A stretch of DNA of 48,145 bases from a virus. Taxonomy: Duplodnaviria > Heunggongvirae > Uroviricota > Caudoviricetes. Below are positions 45,797 to 48,145 of this stretch, piece by piece (position 1 is the first letter of the stretch; the number at the start of each line of letters is the position of its first letter). Position numbers and translations under genes: made by a program. The stretch is from IMG/VR virus record IMGVR_UViG_2526164669_000027; one strand, given 5' to 3'. The notes beneath the pieces are model-generated. The model saw nothing but the letters and a program-made list of their open reading frames with translations. It had not been told where the DNA came from and made no database searches.

Positions 45797-47110
45797 ATGG
45801 ATAAAGTCAAATATCCAACAGGCGTCGAAAACCACGGTGGCACATTACGCATCTGGTTTAATTTTAAAGGTAAACGTGTCAGGGAAAATCTTGGTGTCCC
45901 TGACACTGCCAAGAACAGGAAGATCGCCGGAGAGCTGCGGACATCTGTATGTTTTGCCATTCGTACAGGAAACTTTGATTACGCTGCGCAGTTCCCTGAC
46001 TCTCCTAACCTCAAGGCTTTTGGGGTAAATAAAAAAGAAATTACGGTGAAAGAGCTTGAAGAAAAGTGGCTGGATCTGAAACGCATGGAAATCTCTGCAA
46101 ATGCATTCAATCGCTATGAATCCGTTGCAAGAACGGTGGTTCCGAAAATTGGAGGTAGCAGACTGGTGTCAACGGTGACCAAAGAGGAATTACTGTATAT
46201 CAGGAAAGATTTGCTGACCGGATATCAGAATTCAACGAAAGACAAAGCACCAGCAAGAGGACGGAGCGTCGTTACTGTAAATTATTATATGACGACAATC
46301 GCTGGAATGTTTCAGTTTGCTGCAGATCACGGTTACTTAGAAGCAAATCCCTTCGAGGGAATTAAGCCTCTTAAAAGAGCCAGGGCAGAGCCAGATCCGC
46401 TAACTCGTGACGAATTTATTCGCCTGATAGATGCTTGCCGGCATCAGCAGACAAAAAACCTGTGGTCATTGGCTGTGTACACAGGAATGCGTCATGGTGA
46501 ACTGGTCTCCCTGGCCTGGGAAGATATCGATCTGAAAGCAGGAACAATTACTATCAGGCGCAATTATACGAAACTCGGTGAGTTCACTCTACCTAAAACT
46601 GAAGCAAGTACAAACAGGGTTGTGCATCTTATCCAGCCCGCTATCAGTGTCCTGAAAAATCAGGCTGAAATGACAAGACTGGGTAAGCAGCACCACATCA
46701 AGGTTCAACTACGTGAATATGGACGTACAGTGAACCATGAATGTACTTTCGTATTTAACCCCCAGGTGGTTAGAAAAAGCAAACAGGTCGGTTTTATCTA
46801 CAAGGTAGATTCTATTGGCGACTCATGGGAAACAGCCATTAAGCGTGCGGGCATCAGGCACCGGAAAGCATACCAGTCACGACACACTTATGCGTGCTGG
46901 TCATTATCTGCCGGAGCAAACCCAAGCTTCATTGCCAGCCAGATGGGCCATGCAAGTGCCCAGATGGTGTTCAATGTATACGGAGCATGGATGACTGACA
47001 GTAATGCAGAACAGATCGCAATGCTGAATCAGAAGCTGGCAGATTATGTCCCAATGATGTCCCATGGTCACCAAAGTGACACAAGAGACTTATTAAAATC
47101 AGTGGGTTAG
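45797..47110 (+). CDS. int: tyrosine-type site-specific integrase
   Basis: 437 aa; C-terminal catalytic region with R..HxxR..Y pattern (..GMRHGEL.., ..SRHTYACWS.., ..NVYGAW..); adjacent to the host junction. Confidence 0.9.
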   Translation: MDKVKYPTGVENHGGTLRIWFNFKGKRVRENLGVPDTAKNRKIAGELRTSVCFAIRTGNFDYAAQFPDSPNLKAFGVNKKEITVKELEEKWLDLKRMEISANAFNRYESVARTVVPKIGGSRLVSTVTKEELLYIRKDLLTGYQNSTKDKAPARGRSVVTVNYYMTTIAGMFQFAADHGYLEANPFEGIKPLKRARAEPDPLTRDEFIRLIDACRHQQTKNLWSLAVYTGMRHGELVSLAWEDIDLKAGTITIRRNYTKLGEFTLPKTEASTNRVVHLIQPAISVLKNQAEMTRLGKQHHIKVQLREYGRTVNHECTFVFNPQVVRKSKQVGFIYKVDSIGDSWETAIKRAGIRHRKAYQSRHTYACWSLSAGANPSFIASQMGHASAQMVFNVYGAWMTDSNAEQIAMLNQKLADYVPMMSHGHQSDTRDLLKSVG

Positions 47111-47125
47111 CCTTCAATACCCGTC
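47100..47125. other. prophage-host junction (att core expected here)
   Basis: Integrase stop at 47108-47110; yecE-like translation begins about 47116-47122. Confidence 0.45.
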
Positions 47126-47862
47126 ATGTTAACTGCGTGGAGGGCAACACCACGCTTTACGCCCTGCCGAAACCCGAGGTTGTCCTGCGCTGGCGTGAAC
47201 AGACCACAGATGACTTCCGCTTCTGTTTTAAGTTTCCGGCGACCATTTCGCATCAGGCAGCATTACGACATTGCGATGATTTAGTGACTGAATTTTTGAC
47301 CCGCATGTCACCGTTGGCTCCGCGCATTGGGCAATACTGGCTGCAACTGCCTGCCACATTCGGCCCACGGGAGCTGCCTGCGCTTTGGCATTTTCTCGAT
47401 TCTCTCCCTGGCGAATTTAATTATGGTGTGGAAGTCCGCCATCCACAGTTTTTCGCCAAAGGGGAAGAGGAACAAACTCTTAATCGCGGTTTACATCAGC
47501 GCGGCGTTAATCGGGTGATTTTAGACAGCCGCCCGGTTCATGCAGCATGTCCACACAGTGAAGCTATTCGCGACGCTCAACGAAAAAAACCTAAAGTTCC
47601 GGTACATGCTGTACTGACGGCGACAAATCCGCTGATCCGTTTTATCGGTAGTGATGATATGACGCAAAACCGGGAATTATTTCAGGTCTGGTTACAGAAA
47701 TTAGCGCAGTGGCATCAGACCACTACGCCTTATCTTTTTTTACATACGCCAGACATTGCCCAGGCCCCGGAACTGGTACATACCCTGTGGGAAGACTTAC
47801 GTAAAACGCTTCCAGAGATCGGAGCAGTTCCGGCTATTCCACAGCAATCTTCTCTTTTCTGA
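47116..47862 (+). CDS. yecE: host yecE-like protein (DUF72 family), original 5' end displaced by the prophage
   Basis: ..NCVEGNTTLYALPKPEVVLRWREQTTDDFRFCFKFP.. matches E. coli YecE as recalled from about residue 30 on; GC content shifts. Confidence 0.7.
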   Translation, partial: NTRHVNCVEGNTTLYALPKPEVVLRWREQTTDDFRFCFKFPATISHQAALRHCDDLVTEFLTRMSPLAPRIGQYWLQLPATFGPRELPALWHFLDSLPGEFNYGVEVRHPQFFAKGEEEQTLNRGLHQRGVNRVILDSRPVHAACPHSEAIRDAQRKKPKVPVHAVLTATNPLIRFIGSDDMTQNRELFQVWLQKLAQWHQTTTPYLFLHTPDIAQAPELVHTLWEDLRKTLPEIGAVPAIPQQSSLF

Positions 47863-47926
47863 ATTTGCCACCTATCATAGACAGGTGCCATCGGCCATTT
47901 TAAAGGGAGTTTGTATGGTAAGCGCG

Positions 47927-48145
47927 CTATATGCCGTTTTAAGTGCGTTGTTATTAATGAAGTTCTCTTTTGATGTCGTTCGCTTGCGTTTGCAGTACCG
48001 CGTTGCCTATGGTGACGGTGGTTTTAGCGAACTGCAAAGCGCTATTCGCATTCATGGTAACGCGGTGGAATATATTCCCATCGCGATTGTGCTGATGCTG
48101 TTTATGGAAATGAATGGCGCAGAAACCTGGATGGTGCATATTTGA
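47927..48145 (+). CDS. yecN: host inner-membrane protein YecN-like (MAPEG family), 5' part (continues past window)
   Basis: MVSALYAVLSALLLMKFSFDVVRLR...NAVEYIPIAIVLML matches E. coli YecN as recalled. Confidence 0.7.
   Translation, partial: LYAVLSALLLMKFSFDVVRLRLQYRVAYGDGGFSELQSAIRIHGNAVEYIPIAIVLMLFMEMNGAETWMVHI

Overview
The window is almost entirely one lambda-like (siphovirus) prophage of an Escherichia/Shigella-type host, read right-to-left, ending at an integration junction in host yecE followed by yecN. Order from the left: AT-rich accessory ORFs; tail module (tfa, stf, lom, J, I, K, L, M, H, G/T, V, U, Z, FII); head module (FI, E, D, C, B, W); terminase (A, Nu1) and a cos-like site; small accessory ORFs; lysis cassette; one glyT-like tRNA; an orphan DNA methyltransferase; a low-GC plus-strand cargo gene; a phage-82-type Q antiterminator; DnaB-like, DnaC-like and O-like replication genes; two tandem paralogous ORFs; a toxin-antitoxin pair; an IS3-family element (IS629-like) splitting an Rha-type antirepressor; a CI repressor flanked by operator-like repeats; a CI-controlled leftward operon of unknown genes in place of N and the recombination genes; xis-like and integrase. 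No stx genes, CRISPR array or rRNA were seen. The candidates for an undescribed system are the cargo genes at classic lambdoid accessory sites: the 395-aa protein in the Q-to-lysis slot, the first genes of the leftward operon, the small-membrane-protein/SPFH-lipoprotein pair, and the duplicated paralogs. All calls rest on reading the supplied translations and sequence; no database search was run.
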